From: a virus
Lineage: Duplodnaviria; Caudoviricetes
Strand: one strand, 5' to 3'
IMG/VR virus record: IMGVR_UViG_3300046787_000508
Span: 1 to 64,000 of that record
DNA length: 64,000 nucleotides
The notes under the pieces were generated by a model, which saw only the letters and a program-made list of their open reading frames with translations, was not told the origin of the DNA and made no database searches. The position numbers were made by a program, and so were the translations under genes. Below are positions 10,701 through 19,582 of the stretch, piece after piece; the stretch's first letter is position 1; each line of letters begins with the position of its first letter.

Positions 10701-11538
10701 CGTTAAATGCCCCTATTTGTTGTATTATTTCACCATTATCGTTAATACCGATAAATGTTTGAATATGTGTCGTTCTATATGTTAAGGTTTGTCCTGTGAA
10801 AGTGTTCCAATTAACATATTTTATTGTCGGGTATGGATTGTCAGTTAAACTTGCATTAAGATTAACAACAATACCACTACCAGCCGCAACATTAAATGTT
10901 GTACCACCAGGTGTTGCGGTAATAATACCACCATTTAATAAACCAGTATAAAGATTACCTTCCAACCAACGTAAACGAGTTACGTTACTATAACCTTTAC
11001 CATTTTGTGCAAAATATAAATCATCAGTTGAACCTGACACGAAGATATATGAACCAGATTTAATGGTATCTAAGTTTGTGTTGACAGGTAGGTATTTTGT
11101 ATAACCATCTTGTTCAATATCACCATATATTTTAACAGTAGGTATTGTTGTACTTTTGGAACCAGATATCGTGATTGAACCTGACAATAATGTTGTTCCA
11201 AATAACGTGTTATTACCAATTTGTGTTGTTGAACCCGAAACAGTTAAAGAACCTGTAAGTTGAGTGTTACCAATTAATTTATTTGAACCACTAGTGTACA
11301 GACTACCAGTAACTATTTTATTACCTTCAAGTGTAATACTACCGCTTAATGAAATTGAACCTGTATTAACCGTGTTTGTTGAGATTAATTCTTCGACAGA
11401 AGGTCCTAATGAACCCGACTTAGCCATATAAACTTTACCATCGGTAGTGTTTAATGCTAATTCTCCTAATTGTAAATTGGTGTTAGTGGGTTTTTGACCG
11501 GATACACTACTCCTACGCAGTTTTACTATTTGTGCCAT
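7780..11538 (-). CDS. Tail-fibre-like protein with Mtd_N-like N-terminus
   Basis: 1252 aa; MAQIVKLRRS...GELALNTTDGKVY N-terminus; shares blocks with neighbouring fibres. Confidence 0.7.
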   Translation of the reverse strand: MAQIVKLRRSSVSGQKPTNTNLQLGELALNTTDGKVYMAKSGSLGPSVEELISTNTVNTGSISLSGSITLEGNKIVTGSLYTSGSNKLIGNTQLTGSLTVSGSTTQIGNNTLFGTTLLSGSITISGSKSTTIPTVKIYGDIEQDGYTKYLPVNTNLDTIKSGSYIFVSGSTDDLYFAQNGKGYSNVTRLRWLEGNLYTGLLNGGIITATPGGTTFNVAAGSGIVVNLNASLTDNPYPTIKYVNWNTFTGQTLTYRTTHIQTFIGINDNGEIIQQIGAFNDGQYNTTISLGTVLHQNQSTVNASITYPNMAYGYKQRTYDFIKAFGPLKLSGLEIMPTGTLGLNVGSGTAWADGRNYQVDPNNPSYITDSGTAVSKIFRYYQVSGTTFVQDTNNASGYTSLDVTHYNNNGTLTTVPGNNGNNYEWTVQRVFWYPNSATKGIVVYYGNRTYTSATEAAANVQYEPFVEVENTKQNAVYLGAIAVRKDADWANTNTFLVLPGGVFRNVGGSGGGGTVPTARLTDLTDVDVAGATNGDIISYNTTSNKWEHGKQLTGSYQITGSLDITDSLLIGTGSLDNISPEKLHVENSGSYNIARFDGYHYSYAQINLQNHNSGSSASSDFVITADNGTENIHYVDLGINSSTYNAGYVGYENDAYLLNAGKDLYVGTVGGSGHPSNLNLFAQNSWENPQIIISGSKQISFNTGSVSNDYQYEFSGSIKADHDLNVVGDITGSNISGSFIGDGSRLYNIPMSGVTGIELNKIVSGSVSASISPDNGLQINTDVYIDGTLTAKELHIDYVTSSVLFQSGSTKFGDTSDDNHNFTGSVYIDGNLNVNSITGSIDFSNLTNVPTLVSGSSQISYTGITNVPNGIVSGSSQILDGSGIWSGSAQLPNGVVSGSSQISYTGITDVPNGIVSSSQQVIDLGFTTTDSFESFTSSYTSASSSFDTRIDSIYGSVTGLTENFNSHTSSYMSFTSSFESYTSSYNNFTSSVVLASQTSSMTVLSSSYALTASYALNGGGGGTEGRTAKLDQTLASSTWTFGHNLGEKYPAIEIFDNNDYVVIPTSIQAIDDNTLTIIFSSPVSGVATATVGGGIPFISGSYNGRVLAVNDGGPMWKDGMVSGSLQIEEFGFSTTGSNSFVGNQTVTGSLTVRNAKLDATCVTVSTGTTIFDLSDFDGATFDYVVKNGGNMRAGTIVSVWDGAVSSYNETSTLDLGDTSNITFEVSGTGELNTVIAGGTWTVQVLYRALGCTS

Positions 11539-11560
11539 ATATATGTTCTCTCAATGTATT

Positions 11561-11609
11561 GTGGTATATACCACGGTTAATTAACCTATTTAGGTTATAA
11601 CTATAAATA
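11561..11609 (-). promoter_or_regulatory. TATTTAT motif (11603-11609) followed by four overlapping palindromes in the 5' leader
   Basis: GTGGTATATACCAC, GGTTAATTAACC, AACCTA-TT-TAGGTT, GTTATAAC read directly. Confidence 0.55.
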
Positions 11610-11633
11610 CATAAAACTTTGGATTAAATAAAC

Positions 11634-11662
11634 AAAAAAGGGAGGTTTTTTAGACCTCCCTT
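11634..11662 (-). terminator. Rho-independent terminator
   Basis: AAGGGAGG/CCTCCCTT stem followed by a U-tract on the - strand, just after the 676-aa gene. Confidence 0.85.
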
Positions 11663-11680
11663 ATAATAATAAATTATCTC

Positions 11681-13711
11681 TTAGTATGAACCACCATCAA
11701 TGACAGTTGAGAACTTAAGTTGACCGTCTGAATTACGATAACCTAAAATTCCATCAAGTACATCGGTTGTTTCTGTTGTTGAAACGAATCCTAACACATT
11801 ATTTGAATTTCTGAACGTAATCATAGATGTTTTAGTTCCATTATCCGTACCACCTGAATATGACAATGTTAAGTTACCTGTGATTGTTGTATCACCCGTA
11901 CCAGAATCGATTGTAAATTTATTTGTGTTGTAAGATAATGTTGTACCTGAATATTTTAATAAACTATCACCGATTGTATTGGTTGATGTTGCAATTGGGA
12001 ATGTTCCACTTGTTAAACTAACTTCAGAACCGTATGTTCCTGCAGTTGTTCCAATCAATTTACTTGATTGTGAACTTGAAGAAACGAACATCCAATAGTC
12101 ATTTGTTGAATCCCATACCATAGATGCCGAAACACCTGTTGAACCTGAATCAATTACTTCAAATCCAGCATATCTTTCGAATGGTGAGTAAGCATTTAAT
12201 CTAATGATATTGTCATCTAATTCGATTGTTTGTGATTGGATATGTACTTCAGTTGTAGAACCTAAAACTTCTAATGTTCCTGACACATATAAGTTACCAC
12301 CTAATTGTGTGTTTCCAGTTACGGTTAGAACACCATTAATAATAGCATCGTTATTAATTGTTGTTAAACCACCTATTGTTGTTGTACTTGTAACATCTAA
12401 CGTATCTTTTAAAGTTACCGAACCTGTTACATTCAATGTTGAATTTAAACCTGTGGCTCCTTTAACTTCTAAGGTAGATTTTAGAGTTGCAGAACCTGTT
12501 ACGTCTAATGTTGAATTTAATCCTGTTGCTCCTTTAACTTCTAAGGTAGATTTTAGAGTTGCAGAACCTGTTACGTCTAATGTTGAATTCATTCCAACCG
12601 CACCTTTAAGTTGAGAAGTACTTGTGACAAGTAATGAACCTGAAGTCCTAATATCTCCATCGGTGTCAACCTCAAATGAACCAACACCTACTTGTAATTT
12701 AGAACCATCAAAAGTAAAGTTAGCATCATCTTCTAATAATCCTTGTGAACCAACAATAACCACACGGTCAGTTGTTAATTGGTCATTATAAACTGAACCA
12801 CTAATAACTGTGATATCTCCACCCGCACCTAAGTATGTACTACCACTAACGTATAAATCATTTAAGATTCCTAAGTCAGAGAAGTTTACTTGGTTGGCTT
12901 GTAATGTGTCAACATATGCAGTACCACTAACAAAGATATCTCTCCAATATTTTGAAGAAGACCCTAAGTCAAATGAATTGTTCACATCCGGCACAACAGA
13001 TGAACTAATTTCAGCACCGAATTTAACGGTGTCAGTATCGGCATCACCAACTGTAATGTTACCACCCAAAGTGATGTTACCATCGATAGTTGCATTACCT
13101 GATAGGTACATATTTGAACCTGTGATATTTCCACTAACAATTAATGCCCCTGTGATTTCTGTATTAGTATTAATTCGTAAACCATTTGCTTGTGAAATAG
13201 AGGCAGTTGCAGTACCATCACCAATTTGATTTAATTCTAAACCGGTAATACCACTTGCAGGAATACTATATAAACCTGCACCATTTCCTGTGAAGGAACC
13301 CGATATGTTGGTAATATATGCGTTTGAACCTGTCAAGTTATTGATTGTCACACCACTAATAGTGTTACCCTCAATGTTACCTGTTAAGTTAATTTTTGTG
13401 TTCCCACCTGCACCGTCATTATTTAAGATGTATAATGATTTGTTTCCGGTCGCGTAGAATGGTGTACCATCTAATACTGAACCATAAGTACCCGCAACGA
13501 TTGTTGGGTCACTTGTACCTTGGTAGATTTTAGATACCGTTCTAAATGCTCCAGCAACACCTTCATCACCACTATTTGGTGAACCGATGAATACAAATGG
13601 TCCACTTAAATCAGAAATAGAACCCGAAGCGATGATAAGTTCACCATTTCTAGCTGTAGTTCCTTTTAAGGATGCAATCGAACCTCTCCTGTGTTTAATT
13701 ATTTGTGCCAT
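11681..13711 (-). CDS. Tail-fibre-like protein (paralogue) with Mtd_N-like N-terminus
   Basis: 676 aa; MAQIIKHRRGS...GELII; 12-aa periodic TL.V.G repeats; ends IDGGSY. Confidence 0.7.
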   Translation of the reverse strand: MAQIIKHRRGSIASLKGTTARNGELIIASGSISDLSGPFVFIGSPNSGDEGVAGAFRTVSKIYQGTSDPTIVAGTYGSVLDGTPFYATGNKSLYILNNDGAGGNTKINLTGNIEGNTISGVTINNLTGSNAYITNISGSFTGNGAGLYSIPASGITGLELNQIGDGTATASISQANGLRINTNTEITGALIVSGNITGSNMYLSGNATIDGNITLGGNITVGDADTDTVKFGAEISSSVVPDVNNSFDLGSSSKYWRDIFVSGTAYVDTLQANQVNFSDLGILNDLYVSGSTYLGAGGDITVISGSVYNDQLTTDRVVIVGSQGLLEDDANFTFDGSKLQVGVGSFEVDTDGDIRTSGSLLVTSTSQLKGAVGMNSTLDVTGSATLKSTLEVKGATGLNSTLDVTGSATLKSTLEVKGATGLNSTLNVTGSVTLKDTLDVTSTTTIGGLTTINNDAIINGVLTVTGNTQLGGNLYVSGTLEVLGSTTEVHIQSQTIELDDNIIRLNAYSPFERYAGFEVIDSGSTGVSASMVWDSTNDYWMFVSSSSQSSKLIGTTAGTYGSEVSLTSGTFPIATSTNTIGDSLLKYSGTTLSYNTNKFTIDSGTGDTTITGNLTLSYSGGTDNGTKTSMITFRNSNNVLGFVSTTETTDVLDGILGYRNSDGQLKFSTVIDGGSY
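12420..12590 (-). repeat. 72-bp (24-aa) tandem duplication, ~2.4 copies
   Basis: aacctgttac recurs at 12421, 12493, 12565; LDVTGSATLKSTLEVKGATGLNST. Confidence 0.9.
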
Positions 13712-13734
13712 ATTTTTGTTTTTACTTGTTTAAT

Positions 13735-13741
13735 ATAAATA
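13735..13741 (-). promoter_or_regulatory. TATTTAT putative late-promoter motif
   Basis: Recurrent heptamer upstream of the 676-aa gene. Confidence 0.6.
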
Positions 13742-13753
13742 CTTTATTTTTAT

Positions 13754-14458
13754 TTAGAAGAACCCATCCCCACAGTCTAATATTGCCATACTGTTTCTAT
13801 CTGATAACGTACCAAGATTTTGTATTGATAATGATGCCGAAACTATTTGATTGTTTATCTCATTTTTCACTATACTCATTGCCCCTGACACTATTAACGA
13901 TTCGGAATTTGGATTTAATTTTTGTACTAATGTTGTTTGACCTTCGACAATTAAATCCCCCTTAATTCTAAGTGAACCGGTAACTTGTAGGTCATGTGAT
14001 GTTGCGTAGAATGAACCTGTTTCTTGCCAAATACTACTAACGGCATCAAGGTCACTTTGTAAAATAACACGTTCTTCACTACCTAAAGGTCCCGCAATCC
14101 ATATATCATTAACGGAATCCCATATTAAAGAACCTGATATTGTGTTTGGTGCGGTTGGGTCTTTTATTAATAAACCACCGAAAGCTGCCGATGTTCCATT
14201 TAATTCAAGTATATTATCCCCTATTGTAACTACGTTAGATTGGATGGCGGTTGTTGTCCCCTTTACGGTTAAATTACCCCCAATAACAACATCCTCTGTT
14301 GTTTCTATACTACCCGTCACTATTAATGAACCAGATATCCCGAAATTCTTGGCGTATACCGCTTCAAACGGAAATTCCGCACTTGCGAGAGTTACTGTAG
14401 AACCTGATGGTATGTTCTGAGTATCAATCTGTGTCCAATTTATTTGTTGTAATGCCAT
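13754..14458 (-). CDS. Short fibre-family virion protein
   Basis: 234 aa; DNILELN...GSLIWDS block shared with the 1349- and 676-aa fibres. Confidence 0.65.
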   Translation of the reverse strand: MALQQINWTQIDTQNIPSGSTVTLASAEFPFEAVYAKNFGISGSLIVTGSIETTEDVVIGGNLTVKGTTTAIQSNVVTIGDNILELNGTSAAFGGLLIKDPTAPNTISGSLIWDSVNDIWIAGPLGSEERVILQSDLDAVSSIWQETGSFYATSHDLQVTGSLRIKGDLIVEGQTTLVQKLNPNSESLIVSGAMSIVKNEINNQIVSASLSIQNLGTLSDRNSMAILDCGDGFF

Positions 14459-14537
14459 TTAGAAAGTAAAGTCTTTTACATAAATACTTTTATTTCCTTT
14501 CTTTTATATTTAATCTGAACATTTTTTCGATATAAAT

Positions 14538-14566
14538 AAAAAAGAGAGGTAAAACCTCTCTTTTTT
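14538..14566. terminator. Bidirectional Rho-independent terminator
   Basis: AAAAAAGAGAGG-TAAAA-CCTCTCTTTTTT; separates the redox operon from fibre genes. Confidence 0.85.
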
Positions 14567-14571
14567 AAGTA

Positions 14572-14853
14572 CTAATCCTTTAATAAATGTTCGTTGATGA
14601 TTGTAACAGCCTGTTCGGTTTCAAAAAAATCCTTACCGGGTATGTAAATTGGTCCATTTCCATCTTCATCTTTTTGTATAAAAATAGTTGGTAAAACGTT
14701 ATGTCCGGTTTGTGATACCACTTGGTCCCATATTGTACGATTCTTATTTATTTCAATGTCTTGATACGGAATCTTCAATTCATCTAATCTAATTTTTAAA
14801 TTATGACAATGTCCACATCCGTTAAGACTAAAAACGATAACCTTTATCCCCAT
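14572..14853 (-). CDS. Glutaredoxin-like protein
   Basis: CGHC active site, LPTIFI cis-Pro motif. Confidence 0.85.
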   Translation of the reverse strand: MGIKVIVFSLNGCGHCHNLKIRLDELKIPYQDIEINKNRTIWDQVVSQTGHNVLPTIFIQKDEDGNGPIYIPGKDFFETEQAVTIINEHLLKD

Positions 14854-14854
14854 A

Positions 14855-15169
14855 TTACAAATTGAACGATTCTGTGATTATTTTTTCGTAGTATCCCTTA
14901 CCGTTTGCACCTGTGGTTCTACTAATTTCTTTTTTACCTTCGAAAAGAATTACTGTTGGTACACTTCTAATTCCCAACTCCTGAGCTAAGGTCATGTTTT
15001 GGTCAACATCCATCTTAACAATCTCGACACCGTCGAAGTCATTTGAGATTGATTCTAAAACTGGTATCAACGCTTTACATGGTCCACACCAAGTGGCGAA
15101 GAAGTCCACCATTACCTTATCACCGTTATTTAATTTTTCCGTTAATTCTTCTGTTGTTAATGTTCTCAT
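14855..15169 (-). CDS. trxA: Thioredoxin
   Basis: DFFATWCGPCK, GIRSVPT. Confidence 0.95.
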   Translation of the reverse strand: MRTLTTEELTEKLNNGDKVMVDFFATWCGPCKALIPVLESISNDFDGVEIVKMDVDQNMTLAQELGIRSVPTVILFEGKKEISRTTGANGKGYYEKIITESFNL

Positions 15170-16236
15170 TAAAATCCTATTTTTTTTGTTTGTTTTGTTA
15201 TTCTGACTACATCGGAGTCAATATTATATATATCGGCTAAGGTTAAACCTTTTTCGGATACAACATCTTTTTTGAGATGTTTTAATAATTTATTTGTTTC
15301 GTCAACTGATAATGCCTCAAATTTATGTTCAGCAATTAATCTACCTTTACGAAGTAATGCTTGGTCAATTCTTTCTCTTTTCATGTTGAAGGTTGCTATA
15401 ACTTGAATGTTTAAACAATCACCCAAAATACCGTCAGTTAAATTAAGAATATTTGAAACTCCTGCAGGTGAACCGTTTCCTTCTCTATCTGCAATTACTC
15501 TTTCAGCGTCTTCAATAATCAATATACTATTTTTTTTCTCCATAAGAAATGGAATAATTGAAGGTTCTGATAACATTTCTGCCATCGATGGTGGTATGAA
15601 CAAAATATCTTTGTCTTTGATATGTTTTGTAAGGTATTTCAAATATGAGGTTTTACCTGTACCTGGGTCCCCATGTAATAAGATAATACCTTTATCATTC
15701 GGGGTGTTTAATCTCTTAACAATGATGTCATGGATTTTTCCAAACTCTTCACCATAGTTTAATGATACATTAAGTTCACCACATTCCAAATCATATTCTT
15801 CGGTGTCCATATGACCCATGTCCGATTTAACAAGTTGGATGTTTGATTTTTTCTTTTCTCTTTTGAACTTAAAAATCTCCTCTAAGTTAATTTGGGTTTC
15901 CAATTCACCAAGAAGTAGATTGTAAAGAAAATCTAAGGTAATTAAATCACTTTTTTTGTTTCCACCTGATTGGTACCTGATAACGATATTCTTTTCATGG
16001 TGTATTAATAACGACTCAAATATGTTATCATCATTTCTTCTTGTAGTTTCCACCTTACAGTCCTCAATAAAACCATTTTCAATTAGAAACTGTTTTACGG
16101 ATTTGTCATAAACGTTTTTGTTGCTGAACTTTGATGGTATATTATCAAATAATATTAAGTAGTATTGGTTATCGGGAAAATCATTTCCATAAACACTATC
16201 ATACAAACTCACATCCACTGGAAATTTTCGACTCAT
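15169..16236 (-). CDS. AAA+ ATPase
   Basis: Walker A GDPGTGKT, Walker B IIEDAE, LLRKGR arginine finger. Confidence 0.9.
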   Translation of the reverse strand: MSRKFPVDVSLYDSVYGNDFPDNQYYLILFDNIPSKFSNKNVYDKSVKQFLIENGFIEDCKVETTRRNDDNIFESLLIHHEKNIVIRYQSGGNKKSDLITLDFLYNLLLGELETQINLEEIFKFKREKKKSNIQLVKSDMGHMDTEEYDLECGELNVSLNYGEEFGKIHDIIVKRLNTPNDKGIILLHGDPGTGKTSYLKYLTKHIKDKDILFIPPSMAEMLSEPSIIPFLMEKKNSILIIEDAERVIADREGNGSPAGVSNILNLTDGILGDCLNIQVIATFNMKRERIDQALLRKGRLIAEHKFEALSVDETNKLLKHLKKDVVSEKGLTLADIYNIDSDVVRITKQTKKIGF

Positions 16237-16271
16237 AGTAAAATATAAATAAAATTATTAGTAATTAAAAG

Positions 16272-16553
16272 TTAATTCAAACAAATTGTACCAAAATTTG
16301 GTATCTCCATAAAGATACCATTTTCCTTGTACTTACTTGTTTTTGGTTTTGGGGGTGTTGTTTTTATTTCTTCGAACTGTTCCTTTGATAAAGTTGCATC
16401 ACCTTTACTTTCGTAATTTTTTTCTGCAAATATTGAAAGTCTCTCAAAAAATAAATCGTAATCCATTTCCCCTAAAAAATATGAGTAAGCCTCATCATTC
16501 TTTTTAAGGTAATCTTTTACTTTATTAATGTAAATTAAAATCTCAGGATTCAT
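16272..16553 (-). CDS. Hypothetical protein
   Basis: 93 aa; TAATG coupling to NusG. Confidence 0.75.
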   Translation of the reverse strand: MNPEILIYINKVKDYLKKNDEAYSYFLGEMDYDLFFERLSIFAEKNYESKGDATLSKEQFEEIKTTPPKPKTSKYKENGIFMEIPNFGTICLN

Positions 16554-17080
16554 TAGGGTTTTTCTATTTGGGACAAAGTTAATGAAACTATTGTATTCCT
16601 TCCAAATATTTTTACCTCAACATCGACTTTATTATCACCAATTAATTCTGAAATCACACCATTGAAGGTGTTGAATGGTCCTTCAATGATGTTTACGTTG
16701 TCACCAACTTTATATTTTAATTTCTTAGATTCAATATGGGTATCTAAAGTATCGTCTTTAAGGATACGTCTAACATCCGTCTCTTTTAAGAGTATCGGTG
16801 TTCTATCTCCTCTCATTCCCATTAGATTAGGGAACGCTGCGATTACTTTTAAATCATCGTTAGTCAATTCTCTATCTGATTCGAAATAAAGGTAACCACT
16901 ATATAAAACTTTTTCCCTTAACACCTTTTTGTTTCTAACAACAATTAGATTTTTTTCAGTTGGGCATATAAATCTTATGATATCTTTAATTCGACCCTGT
17001 TCGATGTCTTTATTAAATTGTTCACTAAGTGACCTTTCTTTTCCTGGTAATACTTTTACCACGTACCAACTTTTTTTCAT
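16553..17080 (-). CDS. nusG: Transcription elongation factor NusG
   Basis: WYVVKV..GKE NGN domain, GYLYF, KOW domain GDNVNIIEGPFNTFNG, VKIFGR. Confidence 0.93.
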   Translation of the reverse strand: MKKSWYVVKVLPGKERSLSEQFNKDIEQGRIKDIIRFICPTEKNLIVVRNKKVLREKVLYSGYLYFESDRELTNDDLKVIAAFPNLMGMRGDRTPILLKETDVRRILKDDTLDTHIESKKLKYKVGDNVNIIEGPFNTFNGVISELIGDNKVDVEVKIFGRNTIVSLTLSQIEKP

Positions 17081-17103
17081 GATTTTTTTTAAATAAATAT
17101 GAA

Positions 17104-17946
17104 CTAGTAGTTCATTATTAGGAGTTCGGTTCCCAAGTTCTGTTTACCGTCTTTCCTTGCTGCTGCCGCCTTAGCGAAGTCTTTTTGTTCCCATCTATAT
17201 TCGTCTTTAGGGAACCATTCTTCCAACTTAGGGAACACATAGTAAGATAAACTAAACTTACCTTGGATACCTTTAATACATTCCGATAATCTGATGTGGT
17301 CATTAACATCGAAATCATGATTAGAATAATAATTTTCAGTTTTCCAATACGGTGGGTCCATGTAGAAATATGTTGTTGGTGAGTCATATTGTTTTACAAC
17401 GTCACAAAAATCTTTGTTTTCTACAAATGTTAACTTATCGAAATGTTCTCTAAATTTAGGATTTTTTAATTTATCCATAAAGATAAGAACTTTACAACGA
17501 TATTTTCCCTTATAGTCAGTGTATGCCGCGGTTTCAGGTTTTGACCCTGAGAATACTTGTGTTAACACATAAACGTATTTACCTGCAATGTCTAAACTAT
17601 TTTCTTCTGTAATAACCAAATCGGGATTAAAGACTTCTTTTTGATATTCTCTGAACATTACAGAATACTCTGGTGGTGTGTCTTCTACACCTAATTGTTG
17701 ACATGGGTACTTTGCCAATTCGTCCCATAAAACGTCGTATTGTTTCGCCCATTTCATTAGGTTGGCGTTAAGACGATTGTAGTCATTATAGACCACCGTT
17801 TTTAAATTAGGGAACTTTGATAAGTCCATATTAAAAAATACCCAAAACATACCTGAGAATCCCTCTACGTATGTTTCAATGTCATTTGGGATAAATGGAA
17901 CAATCCACTTACCAATTCTTGCTTTACCTCCGATGTATGATATCAT
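17104..17946 (-). CDS. D12-class N6-adenine DNA methyltransferase (Dam-like)
   Basis: SYIGGK, YVEGFSG, NDYN, YMDPPY motifs. Confidence 0.92.
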   Translation of the reverse strand: MISYIGGKARIGKWIVPFIPNDIETYVEGFSGMFWVFFNMDLSKFPNLKTVVYNDYNRLNANLMKWAKQYDVLWDELAKYPCQQLGVEDTPPEYSVMFREYQKEVFNPDLVITEENSLDIAGKYVYVLTQVFSGSKPETAAYTDYKGKYRCKVLIFMDKLKNPKFREHFDKLTFVENKDFCDVVKQYDSPTTYFYMDPPYWKTENYYSNHDFDVNDHIRLSECIKGIQGKFSLSYYVFPKLEEWFPKDEYRWEQKDFAKAAAARKDGKQNLGTELLIMNY

Positions 17947-18022
17947 TGTTTTAAATTGTTAGTTATAGTAAAAATATAAGTTAAATAATTGAAAAAAACA
18001 AATTAAATGTATATATTTTATT

Positions 18023-18172
18023 ATGGCATGTACAAAATGTAAAAAGAAACAACAGGAAGATTACGTTCGTAAAGAATTACAAAAAACCGATAAAACGGTG
18101 GTAATCTTATTAATAGGAGTTGCAATCCTTTCCTTATATGGGATTTATTCTCTGATTAGACAATTCGTATGA
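18023..18172 (+). CDS. Small membrane protein, 49 aa (MACTKCKKK...VVILLIGVAILSLYGIYSLIRQFV)
   Basis: Manual translation; CxxC plus C-terminal TM; ATGA overlap with the next gene. Confidence 0.75.
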   Translation: MACTKCKKKQQEDYVRKELQKTDKTVVILLIGVAILSLYGIYSLIRQFV

Positions 18173-18810
18173 TAAACTACAAATATTTCATCGTATTATT
18201 CTGTAATAAGAAGAGGAAACGTTTGATACATAAATCTGCGAAGAGGTCAACAATACAAGAGGTTTGGTATGAACTTAGGTCCGAGAGAAAACCACGATAT
18301 GTTAAAACTAATTCGGGTAAACAGAGAACACCCCAAAATTACGAATTGGCATTGATTTATCCAAATAATAGATGGGCCGTAAAAACGTACGGTAAAGATG
18401 AATTGGGTAGGAATATCGAACTTAACGTAATCAACGATGGTGAACAGAGAATAAAAGAAATTATTCCGTATTGGGAAGAGGAATTGATATATGACTTTGA
18501 TACCAAATCAAAAATTAGATATCATGAACTATTGGATATTCTATTGTCGGTTGAAGACATTTCACAAATATTCACATTAAATAATAAGATACTTCTTCAG
18601 ATTGAGGATAACTTTAGAATGTTCGGTAATAAGAATATTACGGATGCGTTGAGGTTATTTGACTTGATTAAAGAGGACCTATTAAAAAAGAAAAGAGGTA
18701 ATTTCTTTTTTGTAAAAGACATTACCACTCATCAAAGAAAGTTACTATACAATATGTTAGAAACTAAAGGTTTTAAAAGAACCGAACTGTTTAGACATTA
18801 TTCTTATTAA
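18169..18810 (+). CDS. Hypothetical basic protein
   Basis: 213-aa ORF, coupled to the 49-aa gene; these two are the only + strand genes. Confidence 0.75.
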   Translation: MINYKYFIVLFCNKKRKRLIHKSAKRSTIQEVWYELRSERKPRYVKTNSGKQRTPQNYELALIYPNNRWAVKTYGKDELGRNIELNVINDGEQRIKEIIPYWEEELIYDFDTKSKIRYHELLDILLSVEDISQIFTLNNKILLQIEDNFRMFGNKNITDALRLFDLIKEDLLKKKRGNFFFVKDITTHQRKLLYNMLETKGFKRTELFRHYSY

Positions 18811-19024
18811 AAACAAAATCAATTTCTCCAATTCTTAGGGAGAATTTAGAGTTCACGTCTTTACTTGCAATATTCACCTTACTGGTTATCAATTTATAAA
18901 TTTTTTCAAATTCAACTTTGTTTAATTCAATCACCACGGTGCTACCCATCGAGGTTAAATTAATCTTTTCCAATAAATCTGAAATCAAAGCTAATTGATT
19001 TAATATTTCACCTTTTTTTTCCAT
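18791..19024 (-). CDS. Hypothetical protein
   Basis: 77 aa; overlaps the end of the upstream gene at an A8 run. Confidence 0.7.
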   Translation of the reverse strand: MEKKGEILNQLALISDLLEKINLTSMGSTVVIELNKVEFEKIYKLITSKVNIASKDVNSKFSLRIGEIDFVFNKNNV

Positions 19025-19212
19025 CCTAATGTAATTAGTATTTTATTTATTGTTGATAGTTTTTCTTTTGGTTTAGACTCGAACATTTTCTCTTTGTCAA
19101 TTGATTTAATTTCCTCAATCAATTTCACTTTGCTCGTCAATATCTCCTTCTTGTCCTTCTCCATCTCCTTCGTCAGCCAATCTAACCCCTGTTGTATCTT
19201 CGAATTGCTCAT
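19000..19212 (-). CDS. Hypothetical protein
   Basis: 70 aa; 98-nt overlap with the upstream gene. Confidence 0.6.
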   Translation of the reverse strand: MSNSKIQQGLDWLTKEMEKDKKEILTSKVKLIEEIKSIDKEKMFESKPKEKLSTINKILITLGWKKKVKY

Positions 19213-19570
19213 CTTGTATAAATGATATGTCTTTTAATTTATCTAAAGATTCTTTTTGGAATAACTGTTGTAATTCCTTTACCTTCTCTTGGAAAAGTTT
19301 CTCTTTATCTTCTTCGTCTTTGTTGATTTTTATAATTTCCACAGCACATGCGGTAACCACTTTATAACCTTCCTCAGTTGCGTTCGATATGATTGATAAT
19401 AAACTAAATTTCTCGTTCTTATCTTGTACTTTAGTTTTAATTGAACGGTAAGGTTTAACAATATTTTCGTATTTCCAATTCAATGGTAACTTAATATCTA
19501 AACTGACGTTACCTTCAATTTCTCTTAATGAAAAGAAATAAGGTCTTAATGATTTTATAATTTCGTACAC
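19115..19570 (-). CDS. Hypothetical protein
   Basis: 151-aa ORF with acidic tail. Confidence 0.75.
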   Translation of the reverse strand: MYEIIKSLRPYFFSLREIEGNVSLDIKLPLNWKYENIVKPYRSIKTKVQDKNEKFSLLSIISNATEEGYKVVTACAVEIIKINKDEEDKEKLFQEKVKELQQLFQKESLDKLKDISFIQDEQFEDTTGVRLADEGDGEGQEGDIDEQSEID

Positions 19571-19582
19571 GTTGTGTTTTTA

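Noticed and set aside
7500-11538. Intein or S74 chaperone in the large fibre genes
   Set aside because: No intein splice motifs or SD.RLK motif recognised
7780-13711. Diversity-generating retroelement suggested by Mtd_N-like N-termini
   Set aside because: No reverse transcriptase, Avd, or TR/VR pair differing at adenines in the window
563-14420. Numerous + strand and alternate-frame ORFs over the fibre genes (e.g. 6640-7311, 12204-12614)
   Set aside because: Shadow frames of low-complexity genes with no independent signals
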